Shown here piece by piece: positions 39,101 through 51,100 of a stretch of 64,000 nucleotides of DNA. Each line of letters starts with the position of its first letter. The first letter of the stretch is position 1. Both the position numbers and the translations under genes were made by a program. Source of the stretch: Phoronis australis (Eukaryota; Animalia; Phoronida). The DNA lies in contig NMRA01000415.1 of NCBI GenBank assembly GCA_002633005.1, positions 221,161-285,160 on the forward strand, given 5' to 3'. Under the pieces are notes generated by a model, which saw nothing but the letters and a program-made list of their open reading frames with translations, had not been told where the DNA came from and ran no database searches.

Positions 39101-42100
39101 GCCTCGCATGTGGGCCCATTGCACTGATCACCTGGAAATATTTTTATGCTTTATTGATATATGGTTAAAACCGAGCTGAGGAGATAGAAACCTGGCTCAA
39201 GGGTTTAGCAGTGTGACCTGGTGGGACTCGAACCCACGACCTCGAGTGAAGAAAGCGGGCACTTATCAACCAGGCCACACTGCTTCCTCAAGAAATGGTC
39301 AAACCTAATTTTTTTCTTTTTCTTTCCCAAGTAGGTCCGAAAGTATCAGCAGTTTTAAAAGCGATGAAACTGCCTTAGTGGGCGGTTTTGGTTGACCCCA
39401 TCATTCCCCACAAAGAGCATCTCCAAAAATGTTGATTTTTCTCTCCTTGAAATTGTGTGCTTGCCATGAGCCATCTCACTTTAATACTGCCTAATTCGTA
39501 GCTTTTGAAATCAATGGCTGGTAGCTTTGGACACACTCTTATATAAAAAGGTGACCCATCCATCTGCTGTAAATGTGTGTCTTCTTTGCGTCTGCTGATT
39601 CAAAAATTGAAGATGGATCCTCGAGCAAACACTGATTTTTAGTTGCATTTTTATGATTTCATCACTTCAGCTTGGCCAATGTGAACACCGTGTTTCAAGT
39701 GACAGCGAAAAACTGGCTGAGGGCATCAAAAGACGTCTGCTTGGTTTCAGCGCATGTGCTGCGTTTACATCTGGTTGAGAAACCAGGGGTGCTGATCAAT
39801 CTCATTTACGTGTCTGAAGCCATAATCTATAAATGACACTGCAAATGACTATTTCAACTTCGTTCTGATCCTCATCCATTTTATTTATACTCTTTCAGGT
39901 GATATGTATGCTGTGCACTTCAGAAGAGCATGAAGACCATCCGTTCTCTCCCTGCCCCAAGGCGGTTAAGGAGTACACCCCAGCCGTCAAGGCATCAGTC
40001 CAAGATGCTCGTAAGCGCCTCCCCAAGTTGACTGAAATTATCTCGGAGGTCGAGCGCAGTGACAGCCTACAGCACTCACACTGTGATGAGATCGTGGCAG
40101 AAATCAAGAAGCGAGAAGAGGTTGTACACGACTTGGTCAAGAAGTTTGCAAAAAGTAGGTTGGAAGTGGACTTCATTGCTTTGTTCCTTTAAAAATGTGT
40201 CAGATCTATAGTGAGTCAATTGTAGCCGTTTTCGCCTGGTCAATAAAAAGTTTGCAAAACATAAAAGGGAAATCGGGCATGGTTACACTTTCTTAATACT
40301 ATCTTATTTCAAATGGTGACTTCTTGATAAAACAGCTCGTCAGTGTTAAAAGTGTACTCCCATAGTTTTCTTTAGTAGTTGAAGTACACATGACTTATGC
40401 AGAGATGTTAATTAAAAATAAAATGAGTGCACCTTGAAACTGTTGTAACTGCATGATTGTTTCATTCCATTTTCTTTTGCTGTCATCTATGGAGTATTGA
40501 GCGACTCACTGATTGAACCTAGTAAAGTTTGAAACAATATGCCTTGTTTTGTAATTACAGATCTTATTGAAGAAGTCACTAAAGCTCAAGAGAACAACGA
40601 TACTGGAATGAAGAAAACCAATCAGGAGCTGACCTTGATCAAGTCCGCCATTGAAGACAGTACCGCATTTGCAGAGAACCTAATTGCATACGGGAAACCC
40701 GAGGAGGTAATGTACCTGGGTCAGCTGACCGACACTCGTCTGAGGGCATTGAAGAACTCTCCTCTACCGGAATGCCCCATGATCACCAGGTTCAACTTCA
40801 AGTCGGCTGCAGCAAGCAACAAGATGTTGGCTTCTGTGTTTGGCCGACTTGACAAGGACTGCAACCGTGAACCATCTGCCCTCGCTGATGCACCAAGGGA
40901 GGCAGGCCAGAGCTCTGGTAACCAAAAGTCGCCGTTTCATTCAAAGCAGGGTGGTGGAGGCGGAGGATCTGAAACGACCAGCTCCACAAAGGTGATCAAA
41001 GCTAAGCTGCTTGAAGAGTTCACCGTCGGTGGTATGGTAATGGGGATGTCGTCTTTCTGGAATGGGAACCTGGCTGTGGCCGTACAAGGGAACCTACACT
41101 GTACTGATAACGAGGCTGGCTACGAGTATTTCATCTGTGTCTTCACCGTCGATGGCCAGCGCAAGAGTAAGTTCCGCATCCGCAATCCGGTGCATGGAAT
41201 CGCGGTCCTCAACGACAACATCATTGTAGCTGTGGATGGCATTGAGAACGAGGTGATCTTCTTTCAGGTGGACGGCCGAGTTGAGCACCACTTCCCCTGT
41301 CCTGACCCTGGCCCTGTCGCCGTCAACAACCGTAGTCACATCATCGTTGCCGGCAGTTATGGTGTACACGTGTTTGATGAGAATGGCGAGAAGTTGCTCG
41401 ACATCGAGGACCGTGTCGTTGGCTCCGCAGCATCACACTTAAGTCGGTTCATCTGTTGTAACCAGCACTGTGACATCTTCATCACTGATCCACTTGAGCA
41501 CTGCATCCGAGGCTTCAGCAAAGATGGTGAGCACATCCTGTCCTATGGTAGCCAAGGCTCCAAGTCTGGACAGTTCAATGGTCCATGCGGCATTGTCGCC
41601 GACAGCGAGAACCATCTAATCGTTGCCGACAGTGGCAACAGTCGTATACGATTCTTGACGCTTGACGAGGAAATGAAGAGCTCGGTGATCACCAAGGACA
41701 AGGGCATCGAGTACCCAAAATGCATTGCTCTTTCCAGTCATGGTCAGCTGGCTGTTTCAGAGCAGTACACTGATAAAGTTAGAGTGTTTGAATATTTGTA
41801 AGGTCTTGTCAAAGTTCATTGTAACTGAAGTGTAGTGAACATGTATATAAACATGGAAAGTTGATGTCTTTTTGATGTCTTAAGAACAGTCATTTAGCGA
41901 GGTCGCTAAGTGGTTCAATAATTTTTGAAGCTAAATTAGGATTTATTATAGTTTTTCAAATTTGAGGTAGTTGAAATCTTTGCTGATGCGAATGTAGCAG
42001 AAAATATTTACGTTTTTATCAAATACTTTGGTTTGCTAACTTATGCAAAGTATTTTGTAGTGATTTGTATTTGTGTTTTGCATGGTGTTGCATGTTTTTT

Positions 42101-45100
42101 AACTCAAGTATAAACTGTTTGTACTATATGTATGTTTTGCCTCATAATAAACTTTGAAGTGATGAAGTTATGTTATGAAATGTTTATGGGAAGCCATCTG
42201 CTTAGAAGTTTTCATAACTAAGCAAAAAAGACAAATGAAGAACACACCTGCGTGCACAAACACACAAACCATTTATATTACTATCTCTGCAGATTAGACG
42301 TAATTATGCTTGACATAAATTGTTTTGGTTTCACTTGCCATGCTTTTTTATGCTCCCACATAATTATTTATATGTGGTCGCATATTGCCGTCATCTCTGT
42401 CCGGGCATCCGTCGTGCGGCATCTGCAGCTGTATCCTAAACCCCTCACAGGATCTTGATGATATTTGGCAGTTGTTTTCCTATGAAGCTGACGATGGACG
42501 ACAACAAATTTCGGACCTCTCCGACTACTGGTGTGCCCCCTAGTGGCAATTTTTATTTTTTTATTCTTACCTTGGTATCTTCGGAAGTCCTCAAGGTATT
42601 TTCACAAAATCTGGAATATTGGCATCCAGTAGTGAGATGAAACTATCCTCTCGTTTTTGGATGGATTCATCGTAGTTTGCGCCACCTAGTGGCAATTTTT
42701 ACTGTTTTCAAGTCTGTTTTTTGCGGCCATCCCTCTATCAACCAAGCCGCTCTTAAGGTGATTGTCAAAAATGGCATGTTTGTTCTTACCATGAAAAGTA
42801 TGGCTGACGGTGATTTTTTGACGACTGACTACTATGGCGCCTCCTAGTGGCAGTTTTTTTTGCGCCCATGGCTGTATGTCCTAAACCGTTTGCATTATCT
42901 TTACTAAACATAACGAGTGTATTTATATGATGGTGACAATGGACAGTAACGACTTGCATGGATTGAACTATAGGTGCGCCCCCTACTGGGAATTTTAATT
43001 TTTTACGTTTATCTTTGTACCTTCGAAGGTCCTCAACGTATTTTCAAAAAATTTGCAATATAGGCATCTGTTGGTGAGATGACGCTATCCTCCCGTTTTC
43101 GGTTGGATTCAAGGTATTTTTTGCCACCTAGTGGCCATTTTTACTGTTTTCGAGTCTATTTTTTGGTATCCAGTCCTCTGTCAACCAAACTGCTTTAAGG
43201 ATGATTGTGGAAATTGGCATGAATGTTCTTAATATGAAGAGGATGTCTGACAATGGTTTCTAATACTTCGAGTACTGTGGCGCCTCCTAAAGGCAGTTTT
43301 TTGCACCCATGCCTATATCTCCTAAACCGTTTGAAGGTTTTTAGGAAATTGATCAAATACATTGATATGATGTTGACAATGAACGATGACGACTTTCGCC
43401 TGGATCGAATTGCCGGTGTGCCTCCTAGTGGCAATTTTAGTTTTTTACGTTTACCTCTGTATAAATGTCATTGTATTTTCATAGAATTGGAATATAGGCA
43501 TCTATTGGTCTGATGACGCTATCCTCCCGTTTTCGGATGGACTCGAGGTATTTTGTGCCACTTAGTGACCATTTTTACTGTTTTTGAGCCGTTTTTTTTT
43601 TGGCGTCCACCTCTCTATCATTCAAACTTCTCTAAGGATGATTGTGAAAATTGGCATGTGTGTTGTTACTATGAAGAGGATGGCTGATGATGATTTTCTG
43701 ACGACTTCAAGTACTGTGGCACCTCCTAGTGTCTGTTTTTGTTTTTTTGCAGCCATGGCTGTATGTCCTAAACAGTTTGCATTATCTTTGCTAATTTAGG
43801 AAGTGTGTTTGTGTGATTTTGACAACAAATGATGGCGCACGGATCTGACCACCAGTGTCCCCCTAAGTGTCAATTTTAGTTTTTTTTTTATTTTTACCTT
43901 TGTATATCCAAAGGTCTTCAAAGCAGTTTCATAAAATTTGGAATATAGGCATGTATTGTTGCTGTTACGCTTTCCCCCCATTTTTAAATGTATTCAAGGT
44001 ATTTTTGGCCACCTAGTTGTCATGTTTATTGTTTTCGAGTTTGTTGGCATCCATCCCTCTATCGACCAAACCATTCTAAGGATGATTTTGAAAATTGGTG
44101 TGTACGCAGTGTGAAGAGGACCGTTACACTGACAACTTTGGTTACTGTAGCACTTCATAGAGATGGATTTGTTTTGTTTTGTTTTGGGGCCACAGCTCTA
44201 TCTCCTAAACCCGCTGAAGGATCTTTATTAAATTTAGAAAGTTTATTTATATGAAGCTAACAATAGACAATGACTTTGAGGCATACCCTATGCACTGTTC
44301 TCGCAATTTCATTTTTTCTGCGTTCCTTTGTTTCTCTGAAGTTCCTTGACAGATTTTTATGAAATTTGGTGAATAACTTTCTATTAGAGAAGCGATGGCT
44401 TGTTTCGTTTTCAGATAACTTGGACGTGTTGTGCCTTCTAGTGGCCATTTCTGTGATAGAAATGAACAACTGTAGAAGCACATTGTGGTGCATTTGTGGG
44501 CGCATTTCAGTGCTTTGCGTTGCTCTTGTTCTGTTGATACGTTTAAGTTTAACATGTAAAACATTGGTTTCATGGTGGAGGCAGGCTTTGTTTTGCTAAT
44601 GTATTCTTAAAAAATAATTGCATGTGGGCGCAGGCTGCACGTATGGACCCATTGCACTAATTAACTGGAACTTAATTAATACATAGTTAAAAATGAGTTG
44701 AGAACCTAGAAACCTGACTCAAGGGTCTAGCAGTGTGGCCCAGTAGGACTCGCACCCACAACCTCGAGTAAAGAAAGCTGGCACCTCTCACACTAGGCCA
44801 CACGGCCTCCTCTCAAAATTCACTTAGTGCTAGTAGGAAAAAGGACTTGCCTTTTTGTGCTTGGATTCAGGAAGGCATACGGTACTGTTCCACAAAGGTC
44901 CCCTTGGTGATAAATTGTTCACTGCTGTCAAGCAATTTAGATTGTAAGAAAGGGGACTTTTAATTTTGGCCAGTTTTTGTGTTATGTAGGAAGCAAGAAA
45001 CGTTGTTTTGTAAGGCTGTTTGTAACCCACCAGAGGAATTACAGCAGTCTTAGCTTTTTTAAAGAGATACTTACCCAAAATTGGGCATTATTCTTTTTCC

Positions 45101-48100
45101 CAGAAAGAAAAAAACAACATTGTTCTAAACTAAAACTCAATCCTCATTGTCACAACATGGATTCAATGATTCTAGATATGTATCATCTCATTATCATCCA
45201 TTGACTCGCGGAAAGGTCAGTCCTGCTTGCTGACTAAGCATGTTTTGTAAGAAGTGCTTGGACTTCAGTCAGAGTTTTTAAGGTTTGACCTTTGGGAGAT
45301 TATTTTATTTCAACTTTTTTCAGTGTTATTGTCCACTAATAGTCTTTTGGTGTCTTAAAGTGTGACAACTCTCAAACTAAATCATTTGGAGTGAAGTAGT
45401 TGTTAATGCTTTTGTTTCATGGGAGATGCTACTGTTAAACAAGATGACACTTGAGTGAAATCAGTGATGCAGTGTTGAGTAATTCTTGCCAAGATGTTAC
45501 CATACCAACAAAAATGTGGACTTCCGTATTCGTTCAGTGTCGAGACTTTGCTCAAAGAAGTGAAAAACCTGTTCATAACATTTCTCAGTTGTTTGCATGG
45601 TGTTACCTTGGTTTTAACCTCTGGCCTAAAATGCAGTTACTATCAAAACTCTAACTATTGTTTGGCATTCTATGCCTTATTTGTTATGTAAATAGGATAA
45701 TAAAAGTAACTGCCTTCGGATTTTCTGCTAGAGTATTTTTACAATGATGAGATCCATAGTCTGCTTCAAATGTTATAACTCTTACATTACAGTCTCAAAT
45801 TTGGGTCTTGAGTCTATTGTGTTCTTCAGTTTACTGTTGCAGTTTTATCTTATGTGTATCCTGATGTATGCATTAAAAAGTGCTGTGTTAAAATTAAATG
45901 TACTTGTTAGTGCAAAAACAATTATCTCAATTCATTACTAAAGTAGACTAGAAGATATAAAATAAAGCATTTTGCTTATGTTTAAATTCACTGCATGGAA
46001 TTTGTTCCCTGGTCTCCCAAAAGAGTTGAAGAGCTCTGCAACCAGTCATGTGAAACAATGTCATTATTCCTTGAATCTTCCATGCACTGCACACTTTTTA
46101 ATGTTATATTTTTGCAACATTTTGTCTTCGTTATGATCTCCACTTTTCAAAATAATGTATCTGAAAACTGATCCCTTATTTCAGTGAAAATAAGATAGAA
46201 AATGTATACTCTTTTTAATTTGGGACATTGCATGAAAAGGTCCTTGTGGATTTTCAGTAGTATTAGGGTTTAATCCTGGTTTATATGAAATCTAAAATGT
46301 GATGTCGCATTTAAGATAAAATAACAGAAAAGGGTCAGTCTCTGTATGCACGAAGTCTGCAATTATGCTGGATATCTTGGCAATATTCCCGAGTCCTCAT
46401 TTGGAATGTTTGTTGTACCCATGCACTAGGTTCTTTGTCTAAAAATTTTACTTTGTTTTGCCAGTTTTAAGCACCAGAATTTTTTTCTCTGTTATTGATT
46501 GAGTTTGCTTATTCCAGACCTTCTGTCATTCCCTTGTCCTTTTGTCTGCGTTTTAGGATTCTGTTGATATCCATCAGTCTGATGTCCTCAAACCGACCTC
46601 TCTGCCAGTCCTTGAAGATTATCTGCCAAGGTAACTGTTGTTTGTTCACTATGCTATTGCTGACTTTAGACTCCAATTCCATTTTCGTCAAAGCAACAGC
46701 ATCTCACCTTAATTTAATGGGGGCACAAACCTGAAAAAGCCAACTTATAATTCGAGCCTCTTTACAAAATCGGTCTTTTCCTGTTCATTACTGAGATAAC
46801 AAAATGATTTCTGGCGACGAGAAAAATTGTCAGATCAATTTTTCAGGTGAGACGTCCGGAATAACTTAGCATCGCTGGTTAGTTTCAGTTGCCATGCAGG
46901 CCCTCTTGTGAGTTCCAAAAGAAATGCCCAAACAAAGAATAAAACTGTGATGTCATTGCTTCTTAAAAGGAAAGTATTCACCAGTCTTGTGAAAAAAGTG
47001 AATGTTGTTAGCATCAAAACAGTTTTTGTGTCTTTAAGAAATTACATTTATTTAATTATACCTCTTAGTAGCAAAATTGTTTTTCATATTCGGTCCAGTT
47101 TTAATTCAATTACCAACATTTTACTGCAGACACCAACAACCTCCTGTCAATGAACAAGACTTGAGCCACCAGTTGGAGCATCTGAGGTTGCAGTCAACTC
47201 CACTAAATAACAGCAGGCCTCAGAAACACCATGTCAAGTTGTAAGTTTTGTAATGTATAGTTTAATATGTCACTACTGATGAACCTTGCAGGGAAAAGCA
47301 ATCTGACAAAATGTCATCTTCCTGTTGTGATGCCCAATTCTGTTTGCAGCAAAATTACTATAATTAATAATCATTGTGGGGGCAAAATTCCAATTGCAGA
47401 GTGACGTAACCACTTAACTAACTTTCCGTTAATTCCCCTTCATTCTGGATCATCAGGGGAGACTACTTTGATGCTGAATTCGGTATCTGCTTAACTGCAA
47501 TGACAAGGAAGTCTGTGTCATTTTGTCTGAATACTGCTTGTACTGTACATACCAAAGGTGTCATATGGGTTGTTCAATGTTAACAGTGTGAGTGTAATTA
47601 GTCAGACACTCGCTTTGAAGTTGTGTCTCACTAAAGTATTTTGTTTACAATAAATGTTGCTGATTTTCAGCCCGTTTACACAATAATTTGTTGTTGAGTA
47701 ATTTTTCAAACTTTAAACTTACATTTGTTTTCTCTATTGCTGACGTAACCTCTTGGAAACACCATGGGTACTTTCAGAGCCGTATATTACCGCTCAGAGG
47801 TGACCGCTCTCTCTCTGCATGTGCAGAGTCATGCGGCTAATCATTGTCAAGACTGAAACTCCACAGACGTACAGATTATGCTCATCTCCGTGGGAGAATT
47901 TTAGGCTTCGAAAATGCCGGAGATGTTCGGCTAAATCTGTCTATGGCCATTATAGGAATAAAAGAAAAAGCATTTTAATTGACAAGGCTAAAGTTCTCAT
48001 CAATTGATATGTTCCGCCCAAAATTTTTGGAACCCTCTTGATCCATTTTCCTACTAGTGAGCCATTGGCTTGTAGCCATGTTGTTAACCTTGACCTATTT

Positions 48101-51100
48101 TCACAGTGTGCGATTGGTTGATAATCACCAGTTCCATATAATCAATGTGAAGGGTGAGGCATATGTGGCCACAGGGGAGATTTCCGCTTTTCTCTGGTAC
48201 GCTGACCTCCTGCGCTCCATGGTAAGTAATTGTCTGCTCTCAGTACGAATGCAAAGTAACTGCCTGTGTTTGGTGTTCCCGGGATTTCTGGAAAACCTCC
48301 CCCAAGCGCCCATAGGAAGACTTTTGAACAGTAACTCTAAACCGTCCCTGTTTTGGCAATTTCAATCAATCCACCTCAATTTTGATGTGAGATTTCCTTA
48401 TGAGGTTAGCAAAATAAAAAAACAACAACAAATATGGCACTGCTTGGGTCTCGAACTTTTCCCTGTAGTGCGTGTCAAAAAAATGAAAAAAAAGAGTCTG
48501 GGCCATTTTTTGTGCATACATATTTTCTATAGTGTAGGAGTTGGACTGACTTCAGACTCCTTGTGTTGAGCCTAGTGTATTGTCTTAGGCAAAACGCAAA
48601 ACTGAAAAGCAATAAACAAGACTTGTATGACTTCAACCTAACACTAACATATGGAACTAAGTTTATCGATGAACTGGCGAGCTAAAATATTAGATGCACA
48701 GCAAAATTCTGAATGTAAGTAGCGCCATCTATAAGGAAGAATAGAAACCTTCAAAGCATACATCAAAAATATCTCTAAAGTCTGTAATTTGCCTTGTATA
48801 TTGAAAGATTTTAGAGTTGTAGCTCTTTACAATAACTTGACTAGAACGTAAACCGCCAAGACGTTTGTAAGTAACTTAGGCAAACCTCTTGCCAGAATTG
48901 ACCTATCGCCAGGACTTTGAATGACGGCTTAACTGATCATTTAGAATTCATCATTCTTGACGCACCTTTGTTTCCAAGCCGCCATTTTACCCGACGAACA
49001 ACCCGTTGCTGAGTAAAACTTATTGTTTGTTTGTCCACATTACGCTAGGAGGCAGAGCTTGCGATAGGTTAATTGTTAGACAGTTTGGTTCAACATTTGT
49101 TGTTGTAAAATGAAATTTTAATTGCAGAATTTTGGGCTTATTTTAATGTAATGTTATTGCACCTTACTGGTCATTATTTGTCGTTGGACTTGACAAGCGA
49201 TTATTAGCAATTTTGAGAAAGTGCATNTTCATGACCCAAGACAATAACTCTTTACCTGTATTGTGATTCAGATTGCTAAACCACCGTCTCGGAGTCCCGG
49301 CGTCGTTGCACTCATGATCATCGATCTTTTTCTAAAAGTCGGGGAATCGTGCGTTTCCTTAGCACTAGTCGCTAAATCTTCATTCTTTAAAAGTCGGGGT
49401 GGGCGCTTAACCGAGAGGTGGGCGCTTAACTGGAACTCTTAAACAATCGGGGGAGGGCGGTTAACCGAGCAGTGGGCGGTTAAATCGGAAATCCACTTAA
49501 AGTCGGGGATGGGCGGTTAACTGAACATGGGCGTTAACCCGAACGATTACGGTAGTATTAATAATTGTGGGAGCAAAATTCCAATTGCAGAGTGGTGTAA
49601 CCACTTAACTAACTTTCCGTTAATTACCCTTCATTCTGGATCATCAGGGGAGACTACTTTGATGCTGAATTCGGTATCTGCCTAACTGCAATGACAAGGA
49701 AGTCTGTGTCATTTTGTCTGAATACTGCTTGTACTGTACATACCAAAGGTGTCATATGGGTTGTTAACAATGTTAACAGTGTGACTGTAATTAGTCTCTC
49801 GCTTTAAAGTTGTGTCTCACTAAAGTATTTTGTTTACAATTAATGTTGCTGATTTTCAGCCCGTTTACACAGTAATTTGTTGTTTAGTAATTTTTCAAAT
49901 TTTAAACTTGTATTTGTTTTTTCTATCGCTGACGTAACCTCTTGGAAACACCATGGGTACTTTCGGAGCCGTATATTACCGCTCGGAGGTGACCGCTGTC
50001 TCTCTCTGCATGTGCAGAGTCATACAGCCAATCATTGTAAAGAGTGAAACTCCGCAGATGTGCAGATAATGTTCATCTCCACAGGAAAATTTTAGGCTTC
50101 GAAAATACCTGAGATGTTTGGCTAAATCTGTCTATGGCCATTATAGGAACAAAACAAGCATTTTAATTGACAAGGCTAAAGTTCTCATCAATTGGCATGT
50201 TCCGCCCAAAATTTTTGGAACCCTCTCGATCCATTTTCCTACTAGTGAGCCATTGGCTAGTAGCCATGTTGTTAACCTTGACCTATTTTCACAGTGTGCG
50301 ATTGGTTGATAATCACCAGTTCCATATAATCAATGTGAAGGGTGAGGCATACGTGGCCACAGGGGAGATTTCTGCTTTTCTCTGGTACGCCGACCTCCTG
50401 CGCTCCATGGTAAGTAAATGTCTGCTCTCAGTATGAATGCAAAGTAACTGCCTGTGTTAGGTGTTCCCGGGATTTCTGAAAGACCTCCGCCAAGCGCCCA
50501 TAGGAAGACTTTTGATTAGTACTCTAAACCGTCCCTGTTTTGGCAATTTCAATCAATCCACCTCAATTTTGATGTGAGATTTCCCTATGAGGTTAGCAAA
50601 ATAAAAAAGCAACAAATATGGCACTGTTTGGGTCTCTAACTTTTCCCTGTAGTGCTTGTCAAAAAAATGAAAAACCAGAGTCTGGGTCATATTTTGTGCA
50701 TACATATTTTTTATAGTGTAGGAGTTGGACTGACTTCAGACTATGTGTTGAGCCTAGTGTATTTATTAGGAAAAACGCAAAACTGAAAAACAATAAACAA
50801 GACTTGTATGACTTCAACCTAACACTAAGATATGGAACTAAGTTTATTCGATGAACTGGCGAGCAAACATATTAGATGCACAGCAAAATTCTGAACGTAA
50901 GTAGCGCCATCTATAAGGAGGAATAGAAACCTTCAAAGCATACATCAAAAATAAAGATTCTCTAAAATCTGTAATTTGCCTTGTATATTGAAAGATTTTA
51001 GAGTTGTAACTTTTTGCAATGACTTGACTAGAACGTAAACCACCAAGATGTTTGTAAGTAACTTAGGCAAACTTCTTGCCAGAATTGACTTATCGCCAGG

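Noticed and set aside
39200-39289. tRNA-like sequence with A and B boxes (also about 44740-44812, 29633-29710 and a lone B box near 17508)
   Set aside because: No convincing cloverleaf, and three of them continue into a shared non-tRNA body, so they are SINE heads and not tRNA genes.
42480-44260. Regularly spaced conserved motifs that could be mistaken for a CRISPR array
   Set aside because: The intervening sequences are themselves repeated with a period of about 445 bp, the context is eukaryotic, there are no cas genes and the termini match a HINE element.
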